DNA of 64,000 bases from the human T2T-CHM13v2.0 reference genome, Homo sapiens. Numbering within the stretch: position 1 is the stretch's first letter; each line of letters opens with the position of its first letter. Below the pieces are notes generated by a model. That model saw nothing but the letters and a program-made list of their open reading frames with translations. It searched no databases and was not told where the DNA came from. Positions 38,484-52,467 of the stretch are shown here, in pieces. The DNA lies in the NCBI RefSeq assembly GCF_009914755.1, contig NC_060946.1. The stretch is one strand, 5' to 3'. The position numbers and the translations under genes are program-made.

Positions 38484-38750
38484 CCTGTCCTGGGCCCAGG
38501 GCAGACTCCCAGTGGACAGGAGAGTTCTGGGCCCCGTGTCCCCTTAACCCTGTCCCAGGCCCAGGGCCAACTCCCAGTGGACAGGAGAGTTCTGGGCCCT
38601 GTGTCCCCCTTAACCCTGTCCCAGGCCCAGGGCCGACTCCCAGCGGACAGGAGAGTTCTGGGCCCCGTGTCCCCTTAACCCTGTCCCAGGCCCAGGGCCA
38701 ACTCCCGGCAGACAGGAGAGCTCTGGGCACCACGTCCCCTCAACCCTGTG
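38484..38750. repeat. 65-bp tandem repeat, about 4 copies
   Basis: CCTGTCCCAGGCCCAGGGCCRACTCCCAGYGGACAGGAGAGTTCTGGGCCCCGTGTCCCCTTAAC at 38484, 38549, 38615 and 38680. Confidence 0.95.
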
Positions 38751-41000
38751 CCTCTGCCCTTCTCGAGGGTTTTGTGCCACAGGCATCGGAGTCCTTCCCA
38801 GGGCCCAGCTGTCGACTCCATCTGCTTCCGTGCCAGCCTGCCGGGGGTCCAGTCATCCACATCAGCGCTCTCTGCAGGATGCGACAACTCCCTGCAGCCG
38901 CTTCCCTCTGTGTGGCCTTGCAGAGAGGTCACTGCATGGGCCACGGCCAAAGAATTTCTCCTCTGTGCAGAGGACATTTGTCTCATGCTGAGGGTGCTTC
39001 AGACTCTTCTGGGCTTCAAAGAAGCAACGTCCAGGAGCCACAGCTTCCGGCCCTCACCTTCAGCCTGCCTCCCCCTAGAGAACAGCATCCTGAGGCCCCG
39101 GCTCCTCCTGCACCTCAGCTCTAACTCAGGCCGTGGTGGACCAGGAGAGTTCAGCTTTCCATGCCCGTGAGCACAGCCTTCTGTGCTCAAAACCAATCAC
39201 GTCTCAGCCAAAGCCTGAACTCCTGGGAGACACTGACTCTTAGAGCCTATGGGACCTGGTTCCTGGCCAGCTCCCCATGCCAACCCTGCAGGCCCCTCCA
39301 CCCACTGCCCTCTGAACGCCCCATGGGTCCTGAGTCTCTCCGGCCCAAACGCTCCCATCCTCCCCTGGAGTGTAAGTTAGTTTTGCTTCCAGGTTTTCCT
39401 CCCTGAAGTTTTCTGTGACCCCCGACATGTAGGGCTCAGGCCGACTTGGCTGGTGTGGTAGACGCAGGCCGGCAGATGCTCACCTGCACAGATGGTTGCC
39501 GGGGGACCGTGCAGGTCTCGCCAGGCTGAAATCCAGGTGTTGGCCAGGGCTGGGGCTGCATCTAAAGCTTGGGGTCCCCTCGGAAGCTCGCTCGGAGCAC
39601 TGGCGGAATTTGGTTCCCTGTGGCTACAGGACCAAGGCCCTGGCTTCCGGAGGCCCTCCCTCCCCACGGCATGGCTGTCGGCCTCTTCCAGGCTGGCAGG
39701 GGAAGGAAGCGTCTCCAGGGCACTCCCTGCTCATAAGTGTTTTCACCTGATGGGGTCAGGCCCACCCAGGACGATCTGCCAGGACTGCAGGCTGGAGGTT
39801 TCTGACGCGCGGGAACAGCGTGAACGCAAACGCGTGCTGTGCACCTGGCCCAGCGGCCCCGCTCAGAACAGGCAGAGCAGGCAGAGCAGGCAGGGGGCCA
39901 GGAATCAGCCTTGCAGGCCCGAGTGCCCGGGGTCCTGGAAAGACGGCAAGAGGGCCTCAGACTCCATCCGCAGGGAGCAGCAGAAACGCGTTTGGTGTAG
40001 GAAGCGGCATCACAGCCGCAGCGAGGCATCCCTCCAGGGCTGCTCTGCAGGGGACGAGGCACCCAGCCCTGCCCCTTAGCCCCCAGGTCCCCCATGCAGC
40101 CGCTCAGGGCTCCCCACACCACCACGTTTCCGGGAGATGCTGTTTGAAAACCTCCTCTGTGGCTACACCCCAACGCCGATCGTGCAATTTTCCAAGGGGA
40201 GTCAGGGACATCAGGTGCTTACTGAGCACACCTGAGGGCCACATCCCCTGCATTTCCTAAGCTCCCACAAGGGACCCCTCACTCGTGCAGCCTCTCCGAG
40301 CACCCCTGACTCTGGGGAGCAGCGCAGGGTGACCCTCTCTCCTGGTGGCTGCTGAAAACTGGGCTTGGCTCAGTGTAACCATGAGGCCCAGAGCAGAGGC
40401 AGGACAGCCAAACCTCTCTCTGCAAGGGTACGTGGGCCGAGATGTTCTGTCTCCCTGCTGCTCGGAGAGCTTCCTCCAAATGCACATGTCAGCCGCCTTT
40501 GGGAAGCCCCAGCATGGTGGAGTTGCAGGCCTTGGAATGACATCTTGAAATGGGGAATAAGGTCACTAAGGCAGGAATTCCAAGTTCTGCTTGGCCTGAC
40601 TGGCCCCCACACCCCCATGGCCACCACCCCCCCCACCAGCCTCTGGCTTCCTGCAAGCACTTGAGCCCTGTGACCAGGAGGACTTCCCGCAGCAGAGACC
40701 CTCATCCCCTCACACCTCACAGGCCACCCTCCTACCTGCCTGCCTCACCCAAGCGTCTATGGAAGCCGCAAAGAGCCGGCCCCTTCCCTCCATGTCCCGC
40801 AGGCACCCATGCTGAATGCAGTGACATCTGCAGTTCACTGACAGTTACCATGATGACGGTGATTTCAAAACCCGCTACTTGAGCTTGTTAACCCTTTCCA
40901 ACAGACCCAGGGAGCTGAGCAGCGAACACGGACGTGGGTTCTCAAATCTGAACGGTCAGGACTGCTCTTTCTTCAGTTGCTGGTGGCAAAGGAAAAGTGA

Positions 41001-41404
<404 letters not shown>

Positions 41405-42510
41405 GAAAGCAGGGTTTTTAAAAAGCAGGAGGGTGGATGGTGCAGACCCTGACAGGAAGGGACTTAGAAACGCAAACTGCAGGCCCTGGAGTGTGCCCGA
41501 CGCGCAGGCAGCTTGTTTTCACAGGTGCAAAGGTTCACAATCTGCCTCCCACGTAAGCCTAACCCTGCGGGCAAGCGCTGGGCTCCACTGGGGACCCCAA
41601 GGCAGGTGGCTGAGGTCAGGGGAACAGGGAAGCCCGTGTGAATCAGAGGCGCCAGGCCTTCCGATGGAGGCCAGTTTCACGATTGATCCAGAGCTGTAGC
41701 CCCAGTGGCTCTTCTTGGAGACCCAGGAGAGCATTCTGGAACCTCCCTGGGTCATCCCAGATGAAACTCAGGCCAGGAGAATCAAAGACATTTAAGGCCT
41801 GTTCCCCACCGCCGGCCCTTCCTGCCCTCGATACTGCTGTCATGTGGGGATGAGTGCCCAGAGGTGAGTGGGGCGGGACTCAGGCCGCAAGCTGAGCGCA
41901 GTCACACAGGAGGGACACAGTCTGTGTCCCAGGGGCATCTTTGAGCCCTCAACCAATGCTGGGACCACCCATCCCCTAAAATCCCACCATGAAGACAATA
42001 CATACCCTAGTGGCACAAACCACTGAAAATCAGACTCCACCAGCTACAGCCGAAAGCATGTGCTGATTTTCTGCAATTCTTCACTTTTTCTTTAGTGTAC
42101 AGCCTTACTTGGGGGGTGGGGAATGGAAGTAATTTTTAATTCTTAATTTATAAAATGTATTTATTAAATAATGTTGTGCCCATGAAAACTGGGAAAGCAA
42201 TATGAATAGGCAACAAAGTAAAAAAGAAATACAAGTGGCTGATAAGGTACAGAAAGATTCAACCCTACCCATAACTAAAGAACTAAACATTTAAACTATG
42301 CATTCTACTTAATCCATTTTATTGGTTAAGAAAAAAATTTCATGAACAAACCCTCATTTTAAAAGACATGTTACATCAGGACATCTGTAGACACAGGAGG
42401 GGCTGTCTCTGGAGAGGGACATTTACTTCCTGTTGAGCTATCCCAGCCCAGGACCCCAGGTCACCAGCTCACAGGGAAGAGCTTTTCCTTCCCTTCCCTG
42501 GCACCAGCAT

Positions 42511-42862
42511 TGTGATGGGTAATTGTGTCAACTTGGCTGGGCCACAGTGCCCAGATATTTGGTCAAGCACTAATTCTGGTTCTCATGTTTCTGGGAGGGT
42601 GCTTTTTGGCTGAGAGTAACATTTCAATCAGTGGACTTTGGGGAAGCAGGTGGCTCTCCAAAATGCAGGTGGGCCTCATTCAATCAGTTGAAGGTCTTAA
42701 GAAAACCAAGATGGACCTCCCCAAGCAAGAAGGAATTCTGCTAGCAGAGGCCCTGGGACTCCAACTGCAGCTCTCCTTAGGTCTCCAGGCTGCCACCTGC
42801 CTTGCAGATTTCAGACTCCACAATTGTATGAGGAAATTCCTTAAAATACATAAATATACATA
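42511..42862 (+). mobile_element. ERVL LTR (MLT2C/D-like), 3' part missing
   Basis: TGTGATGG..TGTGTCAACTTGGCTGGGCCACAGTGCCCAGATATTTGGTCAA...GGTGGGCCTCATTCAATCAGTTGAAGG...AATTCCTTAAAATA. Confidence 0.85.
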
Positions 42863-43228
42863 GATGGATGGAAAGATGGATGGATGGATGGTTGATTGGG
42901 TGGGTGGGTGGATGGATGGATGGATGGGTGGATGGATGGGTGGGTGAATGGGTGGGTGGATGGATGGATGGTTGAATGGGTGGGTGGGTGGATGGATGGA
43001 TGGATGGATGGTTGGGTGAATGGGTGGGTGAATGGGTGGGTGGATGGGTGGATGGATGGATGGATGGATGGATGGACAGATGGGTGAATGGGTGGCTGGG
43101 TGGGTGGATGGATGGATGGATGGATGAATGGATGGATTGGATGGATGGATGCATGGATGCATGGATGGATGGATGGATGGATGGATGGATGGATGGATGG
43201 ATGGATGGATGGATAGATGAATAAATGA
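42863..43228. repeat. (TGGA/TGGG)n microsatellite
   Basis: About 360 bp of GGAT/GGGT/GAAT tetramers. Confidence 0.97.
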
Positions 43229-43766
43229 TGGTTATCCCTTCCTTTGCTGGCTTTCGAGCCTCCGGGAGGGAGCAGTTGGGTGTCTGAGGGGCCCAGGTCC
43301 TGAGGCAGGAGGCAGAGCAAGCAGACACTGCACCCAGCGTGCTGTCGCCTGGCGGTGTGGACCCCTGTGCACTGGTGTGTGCATGGATCACGGGGCAGCT
43401 CTCTCTGGAGCCCGGTGGGAGGAGCAGGGGCAGGATGTGCTGGGCCTTCTGCTGAGAAGGGTGGGTGGTGTTGAGGCAGAAGGAAGAGCTCTGTGCCGCT
43501 AGCTTGGGACCTGCTAGTGTGTGATTCTGAAAGCCGGAGAGAGAGGCCAGGCTCACCTGGGACATGGAGGCAAGGCCCAGGTGTCAGCAAGGCCCAGAGT
43601 GGGCAGGGAGAGAGCCTCTGCCCATCCATGCAGAGAGTGGGGTGGGTGGGCCAGGCCTCCTCGGGAGAGCCCTGTAAGGTGGAGGAGCCCCAGGAGCTGG
43701 GAGGGGACCCAGGGCCTGGGTAGGGGGGGGCAGCATGTCCAAAGGTTACTTTAGAAAGTGGCTCTT

Positions 43767-44194
<428 letters not shown>

Positions 44195-45458
44195 CTAAGC
44201 TCAGCCACAACATCATCATGGACCTTTGCAGAGAAAACTGGAGAGTGATGGCTCCCGGAGCACCCGAGACGCTCCCCAGACGCCGGAGCACCCACGGCCA
44301 GCGGGTGGACACGGTGTCCACATGGTGCACACTCTTGCCCTTGAGCCTGTGGGAGGGAAGCCAGGAAGATATGGACGGAGCAAGGGGAGCACGGGAGCCT
44401 CGGGGCCTGCGGGGGGCCAGGCAGCAGCTGCCCTCACAGTTGCACGGTACAGTTTGCAGAACACACCCTCCTGCCCTGTGGAAGCTTCCAGGCTCCCGGG
44501 CAGGTCGCTGAAGGATCCTCTTCCTGGCCCCTGGAGTCCACAGGTGCGACATCCCGTCCCGACATGGGTGCCTGCCCCAGCCACTCAGTCGTCACCTGTG
44601 AGCACCTGAAAACCAGGCCACAGCCCAGACTCACAAGGAGCCACGGGCCTGGGAGATTTATTAAACATTCGCACGTAATTTTCCATTAACATTTCCTATT
44701 TTGGCATCTTAAAGAGTGAAAGTTGATTTCGGTTCAACATCCTGTGGGGAAATTAGTTCATTTTGCTAACGCATCTTAATAATTACAGTGACATCAAGGT
44801 TAATTGCTTAATCTGGATTGCCACAGTGCAGGCCGCCGAATTCCCCACGCAATCTGTGCTATAATTAGTACCGGGGCATCCAGATTTAGAAGGCTCTTTC
44901 ACCGGAACAGCGGAATCAGGCAAGGTGATCGATGGATGTGACCAAGAGGACACTTCGCGCACAGGTCTGGGGTCGGGCTCTGTGAGGCCATCAGCCAGGG
45001 AATGTGTGGGGTGAGTGTGTCTCCCCAGACCACAGGAAGTGGCCAGCCTGCCCCGTGGGTCTGCTGCCCACGCAGGGTGACCAGTGCAAATGAAACTCTC
45101 CCAAACTTTCTGCTGCGGGCTCATCTCCCCGCAGCCAGGACAGCAATGGCCCGTGCCAGGGGTCCAGGACACCCAGCTGACCACGGCTGCAGCCTGCGTG
45201 GCAGGGCCCAAGATTGCTGTGAAATGGAGCCTCAGGCAGTGCCTCGGAGTCACGTCAAGGACTGTCATGGGATCAGGGCAGAAGGGAGTGCCCTGGGAGG
45301 GAGTTGGCCAGTGATGGGGATGAACAGCTGCCAGGGGCACCAAGACTCCGCTCAGCCAGGCTGTGGTGTAAAGGGGGACTCGGACTCACCTTCAGAGGCA
45401 AAGGCCTGGATGAAGGTGAACAGAGCAGATTCTGGGGACACGCTCATCCCAGAGGCCT

Positions 45459-45689
45459 GGAAGGTCGTTCTGGGAAGAGCCGGGAGGCGCCTCCCCTTGT
45501 TCCCGGAAGGTCATCCTGGGAAGAGCCGGGAGGCGCCTCCCCTTATTCCCGGAAGGTCGTCCTGGGAAGAGCCTGGAGGCGCCTCCCCTTGTTCCCGGAA
45601 GGTCATCCTGGGAAGAGCCGGGAGGCGCCTCCCCTTGTGCCCGGAAGGTCATCCTGGGAAGAGCCAGGAGGCGCCTCCCCTTGTGCCCA
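45459..45689. repeat. 46-bp tandem repeat, 5 copies
   Basis: GGAAGGTCRTCCTGGGAAGAGCCGGGAGGCGCCTCCCCTTGTTCCC at 45459, 45505, 45551, 45597 and 45643. Confidence 0.96.
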
Positions 45690-47322
45690 GGGCAGGCAAC
45701 AGATCCGGTTCTCAGGCTGCACACTTGGTGGCCCAAGGAAAAGGAAACTCCTGAAATGTTGGCTTAGTCGTTTCCGGGCTAACTCGCTCATCTCCGGGTT
45801 CAAACAATCCACGTCTGGGGTGAGACGCAGCCTTCAGGTTTGTTGCTCATCCCTTCTCCCTCCTGTCACGGGGAAGCATCCCCGGCCCCGCTCCTGTCCA
45901 GGCGGCAAGGACTGTGCTGAGGGCTGCGCTCTTTCCCCAGGACCAGGCCTGTTGGGGACTCGCCCCCGGGACATCCCGAGGACAGGCAGCACAGTGAGGA
46001 CCCTGAAGCCTCCGGCCACAGCCTCCCTCCATCCCGCCCCACGCAGCGCCACGTGCCCCGGGAGCACAGCTAGGGTCGCATTGGGGTTGTTTTGGTAAAA
46101 TGTAACTGTACTTTTAGGTCTGTAATTTCCTTAGAGCTTGAAACAAAAGGAACATTTGGAGTCGGTTTCATTGCCGCGTGCTATTGGTGTCACCCCGCTG
46201 CGCATGGCAGAAACGCAGCTGTTCACATGTGCCATCAAAGATCTCTGCTCCACTTCATCAGACCCTACCTGGGTCTCATCTTTTCTATCCAAAGGCTCCA
46301 GAAAGCATGTCTTTCCCCTGCATGAGGAGGGCACAGGATCACACTCACGGCACAGCCCCAGGTTGAGGGGCCACCTGTGGGAGCCCCAGGGGGGAGCAGG
46401 ACAGAGGCCCTTCAAAGAATGATCTTGATACAACTGTGACGAGTGGAGACTCGCACAGGCGGCTCCCCCACAGCCTGCCTCCACGTCTCCGAAGCCCCTC
46501 TCCCCGTCCTCTGACAGGCACCCTCACTCCCACCCACGTTAACCCCAAACCAGAGCTGCAGGGCATCACCCAGCACACGTGTGCGTACCCCAAGCCGTTG
46601 ACTTCAGGTGTCTGAGTCTGTGAATGCCGTCTAAACCATGTGCACACTGCACACTCCTCTCTCCACCCAGCCACAAGTCCCTGAGCCCCGGCCACGTCTG
46701 TCTACACAGCCGAGTTTACTCAGTGCCATTGCGTGGTGTGGCCACACAATGATCTCATGCTTATTTTCTGGTCACAGGACACCAAGGCTGTGTCCAGCAT
46801 CTGCTGTCACGAATGGTGCTGCCAAGACCAGCCCCGCACACACCTTCCCGCTCAGACCTCCAAGTCGCCAAACGCACATCTCCAGGACTCGGGGGGTCTT
46901 CGGACCCCTCATTTCACCAGCTGATGACAACGTGTTTCCCCCTGTGGCTGCAGCCACTCCTGTCCCATGGGCAGCGCAGAGCTGTCCTCCTTGCTGAGTG
47001 TCCGCCGGGCCTACAGTGGGACGATGTTTCCTCGCAGGCTGACCCCGCACTGCCCTGGTCAACTCAGGAGCTGAGGGTCTGCTCGCACGTCCCCCCAGGA
47101 CCCTGGTTCCTGCTCACACGCACCCCCAGGAGCCCAGGCATGGTTCCTGTTCTGTCAAACTCCCCGTCGCTCCTTTTCTGCCGGTTTTTCTGCTGGTCTG
47201 CTTGTCTTTTTCTCTTATGTTTAGGATCCTAAATGTTTTGCAGACTGTGACCCTGGCCCTGGTGTCCAACTCCCTATGGGACAGCTGGTCACAGCCCACT
47301 TGACTCACTCCTCACCCCTACA

Positions 47323-47435
47323 CCCACGGAGCCTGCACAGACGTCACAGTGACCCCTCAGTCCCAGCGTGCCCCCACGGAGCCTGCACAGACATCACAGT
47401 GACCCCTCAGTCCCAGCGTGCCCCCACGGAGCCTG
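47323..47435. repeat. 50-bp tandem repeat, about 2.3 copies
   Basis: CCCACGGAGCCTGCACAGACRTCACAGTGACCCCTCAGTCCCAGCGTGCC at 47323, 47373 and (partial) 47423. Confidence 0.92.
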
Positions 47436-47482
47436 TGCCTGCCTGCTCCAAAGGCACCAGATAGAACTCCTGGCAGGAACCT

Positions 47483-47600
47483 GCCTGGATAACGCCCCAG
47501 GCCCCAGCAAAGGCCTTGGCCCACAGTCCCTCTCTCCCCACAGCCTGGGTAACGCCCCAGGCCCCAGCAAAGGCCTTGGCCCACAGTTCCTCTCTCCCCG
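47483..47600. repeat. 60-bp tandem duplication
   Basis: GCCTGGRTAACGCCCCAGGCCCCAGCAAAGGCCTTGGCCCACAGTYCCTCTCTCCCC repeated at a 60-bp offset. Confidence 0.92.
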
Positions 47601-48967
47601 CGCCCTGGCTGAATGGGTCCCAACGGCTCTGACGGCTCCCCACACCCCTGCCCTGTGGGCCATGCTGCCCTCTCCTCTCTGGCTCTGTGAGTCACGCACG
47701 GCCTCTGTGATTCCACGTGCTGTTCTATGCTGCGCCGGCTCCCACGTGCCTCACCTGACTGACACCACTGAACCCTCCTCCCAGCCAGCGCTCTCCCAGG
47801 GAGTGGCTGTCTAGTCTTGTGGGAATAAACTGGACACAGGTCCAACAGGAGCCCCCAGGGCATCTGCAGGATAAACAAGTGTCCTGAGAGAGGGACATCT
47901 GGTCACAGGTTGGGCACTTGAGTATCAGGCCTTCTGCTACCAAAGATAAAGAAGAATCCCCTGAGAGACAGCCCGTAGACACCCACTGCCCCCCACCCTG
48001 GGCCCCACCAGGGCAGGACTAGAGTTTATAGCCGCTCTCCAGAGAGGGGCCTCAAGACCAACTTGGGAACAAATACAGTCAACACGAACCTCTCGAGCTG
48101 ATTTTTGTAGGGGTGCAAGGTATGGATCCAGGTTCTTTTTTTTGCCTACGGAATTCAGTGCCATCAGCATCACTGCAGAAAACGCCGTCCTTTTTTCCTT
48201 GAATTGCTCTTGTACCTTTGCATAAAACAATTGACCATCCATGTATGGGCCTATATATGGACTCTCTGCTCTAATCAATCGATCTGTGTCTCTATTCTTT
48301 TACCAATACCACTACATTTCTTATTGTAGTTTTAGAGTAAGTCCGAAAACAGGTGATTTGACTCTCCCAGTAGCTCTCCTTCACAAAATTGACTGTTGGA
48401 GTTCTCACGCCTTTACGTTTACATTTACATTATATTACATTGTTACATTACATTTGTTACGTTGTAACATTACGTTACAATCCACTCACTGATTTCTACA
48501 ATAACTGAAATTTTAACTGGGATTGTGTTAAACGACAGATAAGTTTCAGGAGGCCAACATTTTCACAGGATCGATCTTCTAACTCATTAACATGGCTCAC
48601 TTCTTCACATACTGATGTCTTCTTAATTTTTTCACCAGTGTTTGATAGTTTTCACCTTACAGATCCTACATGTATTTTGTGAGATTTAGACATACGTACC
48701 CCTCTTTTAGTTTATTGTAAATAGTCGTGTATTTTTACATTTTTGACTTGCAATTATGCATTGCTGGTATACAGATGTACAAGTCATTTTTATAAACTGA
48801 CTTTGTATTTTGCAATCTTTCTTAATGAACTTATTTGTCTAAGACCAGTTATTTCTGAGAATAGAGATAATTTTGTTCCTTCCTTTCCAAAATATAGATC
48901 TTTTTATTTCTTTCCATTACATTTTTCACTGCTAAAATTTCCAGCAGGATGTAGGATACTTGTGGTA

Positions 48968-49254
48968 TATACTAGTTCATTCTCACACTGCTGTAAAGAA
49001 CTACCTGAGAAATCATGGCAGAGGCAAAGAGAAGTGAGCACATCTTCATTTGTTGGCAAGAGAGAAATATCGAAGCAGGGAGAGCCTCAAACGTTTAAAT
49101 CATCAGATCTCATGAGAACTCACTCACTGTCACGAGAACAGAAGGGGGAAATCCGCCCCCATGATCCAATCACCTCCCACCCAGTCCCTCCCCCAGCATT
49201 GGAGATTCCAATTCAACATGAGATTTGGGTGGGGACACTGAGCCAAGCCCTATC
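48968..49254 (-). mobile_element. THE1D/MSTA-like MaLR LTR, internally deleted
   Basis: TTCTCACACTGCTGTAAAGAACTACCTGAGA...CATCAGATCTCATGAGAACTCACTCACT...ATTCAACATGAGATTTGGGTGGGGACAC; TGGTA on both flanks. Confidence 0.88.
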
Positions 49255-49298
49255 TGGTACATCCTTGCCTCGTTTTCTATCTCTAAGATAAGCATTTA

Positions 49299-50000
<702 letters not shown>

Positions 50001-50349
50001 TTACAGCCTCCAGAATTGTGAGAAAATTTCTGTTGTTTAATCCACCCAATCTGTGGCTTCTGTCAGTCTGAGCAGACTAACACCACGGCCTTTATTAGTT
50101 TAAGGAAGTTTCCTTCTATTCCTATTTTTCTGAGTGTTTGGGGTTTTTTTTTAATTATAAATGAATATCAAATTTTCTCGAATGCATTTTCTTTATGAAT
50201 TGAGATGATCATATGCTTTTCGGTATGGTAAGTTACACTGGTCAATTAATCAATGTTGAACCAGCCTTGAATTCCTGTTAAATCCTCCTTAGCTACAATA
50301 TGTCAGCCTTTATGTTTTTCCCTAGATAGTCAAGCCTAACTGGGAGATT

Positions 50350-51090
50350 ACAAACACATCACACAACACATTCATACCACACATACACCATACCCACACC
50401 ACACACCCACACACACACCCCACACCACATACTCAAACACCACACACACCACATACACATACACCCTACACAGCACACACACACACACACAACACACTCC
50501 TACCATAAACACACCACACACCTCCTCTCACACACCCCACACCATATACTCAAACACCACACACTTATCACATACACATACACCATACACAGCACACACA
50601 CACACAACACACTCCTATCATACACACACCACACCCCCACACACACACACACCATATACTCAAACACCACACACATCACACATACACCACACACATACAC
50701 AACACTCATACCACACAAACAGCATACACATCACACACACCCCAACACACCACACACCCCACCATGTCCTTGAACACCACACACACATCACACTCATACC
50801 ACACACACCACACATACCACACTCCCCTCCCACACACACTACACCATATACACAAACACCACATACACACCATACACACACAACACACTCATACCACACA
50901 CATAGCATACAGACCACACTCCCCCACACATACCACACCATACACTCAAAGACCACACACACATCGCACATACACCATATAGCACACACACACCATACAC
51001 ACAACACGCACCACATCATATACTCAAACACCACACACATCACACATACACACAACATGCACACACACATACAGGCACACACACACAGGC
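50350..51090. repeat. Degenerate CA-rich low-complexity tract
   Basis: CACAC/CCACA runs with a recurring ATACTCAAACACCACACAC submotif. Confidence 0.93.
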
Positions 51091-51574
51091 GCTCAGCCAG
51101 GCATAAGTTGTGCTGGGCACTTTCCAGGATGCTCACCAGCACCCAGTCCTCTCCCGTCTGATGACTCTCCCTTTTCCGAAAATTCCATGGGCTTGCCTGG
51201 GAGGATAAGGAGGATCGAGAAGCTATTCTTACATTGTAAGCAAACTTTTGGATAACTTAAAAAGAAATTATCTCCTTCCAATGATTGGCCTTGGCAAATC
51301 AAAAGCACTATGGATTTCAGACTGCTGTACCTGCTTTGACTAAAAAATCTTACTTTTGAAAGTCAATGCTGACTTATGGGATGAAGGCTGGCTCTGCCTT
51401 CCTCTTCCTTACTAGGGGATAGTGTCTGCACAGCAAGCAACATGCAACACAGAAATACACTTTAGGATTGGCATGGGGGCAAGATGGAATTCCAAGAGAA
51501 AACTCACTGCAGGCAGAGGGGGAGATCTCAGTATATGCTTTGGTTTTCCAGCCCAAAACTATGTGGGTCATCCA

Positions 51575-52140
51575 CCAATTTATCCACCCATCCATCAATT
51601 CACTATTCATCCAACCACCCACCCATCCATCCATCCACCTATCCATCCATACATACATACATTCATCCACCCACTCATCTATTCATCCACCCACCCAACT
51701 ATCCATCCATTCATCCACCCACTCATCCCTCCATCCTTTAATCTCTCCATCCACCCATCTACCCATCCATTTATTCACCCATCCATCCTTTCCTCCATCT
51801 ACCCATCTACCCATCCATCCGTCCACCTACTCATCCCTCCATCCCTTAATCTCTCCATCCACCCATCTACTCATCCATTTATTCACCCATCCATCCTTTC
51901 CTCCATCTACCCATCTACCCATCCATCCATACACCCATTCACCCATCCGTCCTTCCTTCATTCATCACTCCATCTATCCATGAATCCATTATTCATCTGT
52001 CCATCCATCCACCCATTCATCCATCCACCCATTCATTTATCCATCCTTTCATACACCCATAAACCCATCCCTCCATCTATCCATCCTCCACCCACCCATC
52101 CATCTACCCATTCATCCAGTCATCCAGTCATCCATCCAAC
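51575..52140. repeat. Degenerate (TCCA/CCCA)n tract with an internal 108-bp duplication
   Basis: ACTCATCCCTCCATCCYTTAATCTCTCC at 51721 and 51829. Confidence 0.93.
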
Positions 52141-52453
52141 AGACACATGCAGAATTACATGCAGACAAAGTACGGCAGTAGGAGAAGGTAGGTACTTATT
52201 CATGGAGCCCCTTCTAGGCCTCATTCCTGGGTAGATTCAGTGTAAGCCGGATGACTGTCCAGATTCTCACCTGGGTTGAGCCCCCTAGGCAGACACACCC
52301 CCAGGTTTCCTTTGTTTAGAAGGGCAGAGGAAGATGCTGCTGCCCTAGGAAAACCGTGTCCTGGCAGCAAGCCCCCAGCTGGGAGTTTTCAGCAGCTATT
52401 TTGTGAATGGAGATGGACACATAGCCCTGGGGTAGTTGGAGCTTTTCCTGGCA

Positions 52454-52467
52454 GTATCCATGGCAAC
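52454..52467. promoter_or_regulatory. RFX X-box-like motif
   Basis: GTATCCATGGCAAC versus GTTGCCATGGCAAC, followed by an AGGAAG ETS core. Confidence 0.4.

Noticed and set aside
38540-38690. TAACCC in each 65-bp unit as interstitial telomere sequence
   Set aside because: Single hexamers only; no tandem TTAGGG array.
38255-39124. Longest ORF in the track (289 aa), and similar ORFs at 22782, 25332 and 45304
   Set aside because: They run through GC-rich tandem repeats, have generic P/G/A/S/R composition, show no recognisable domain and have no supportable splice structure.
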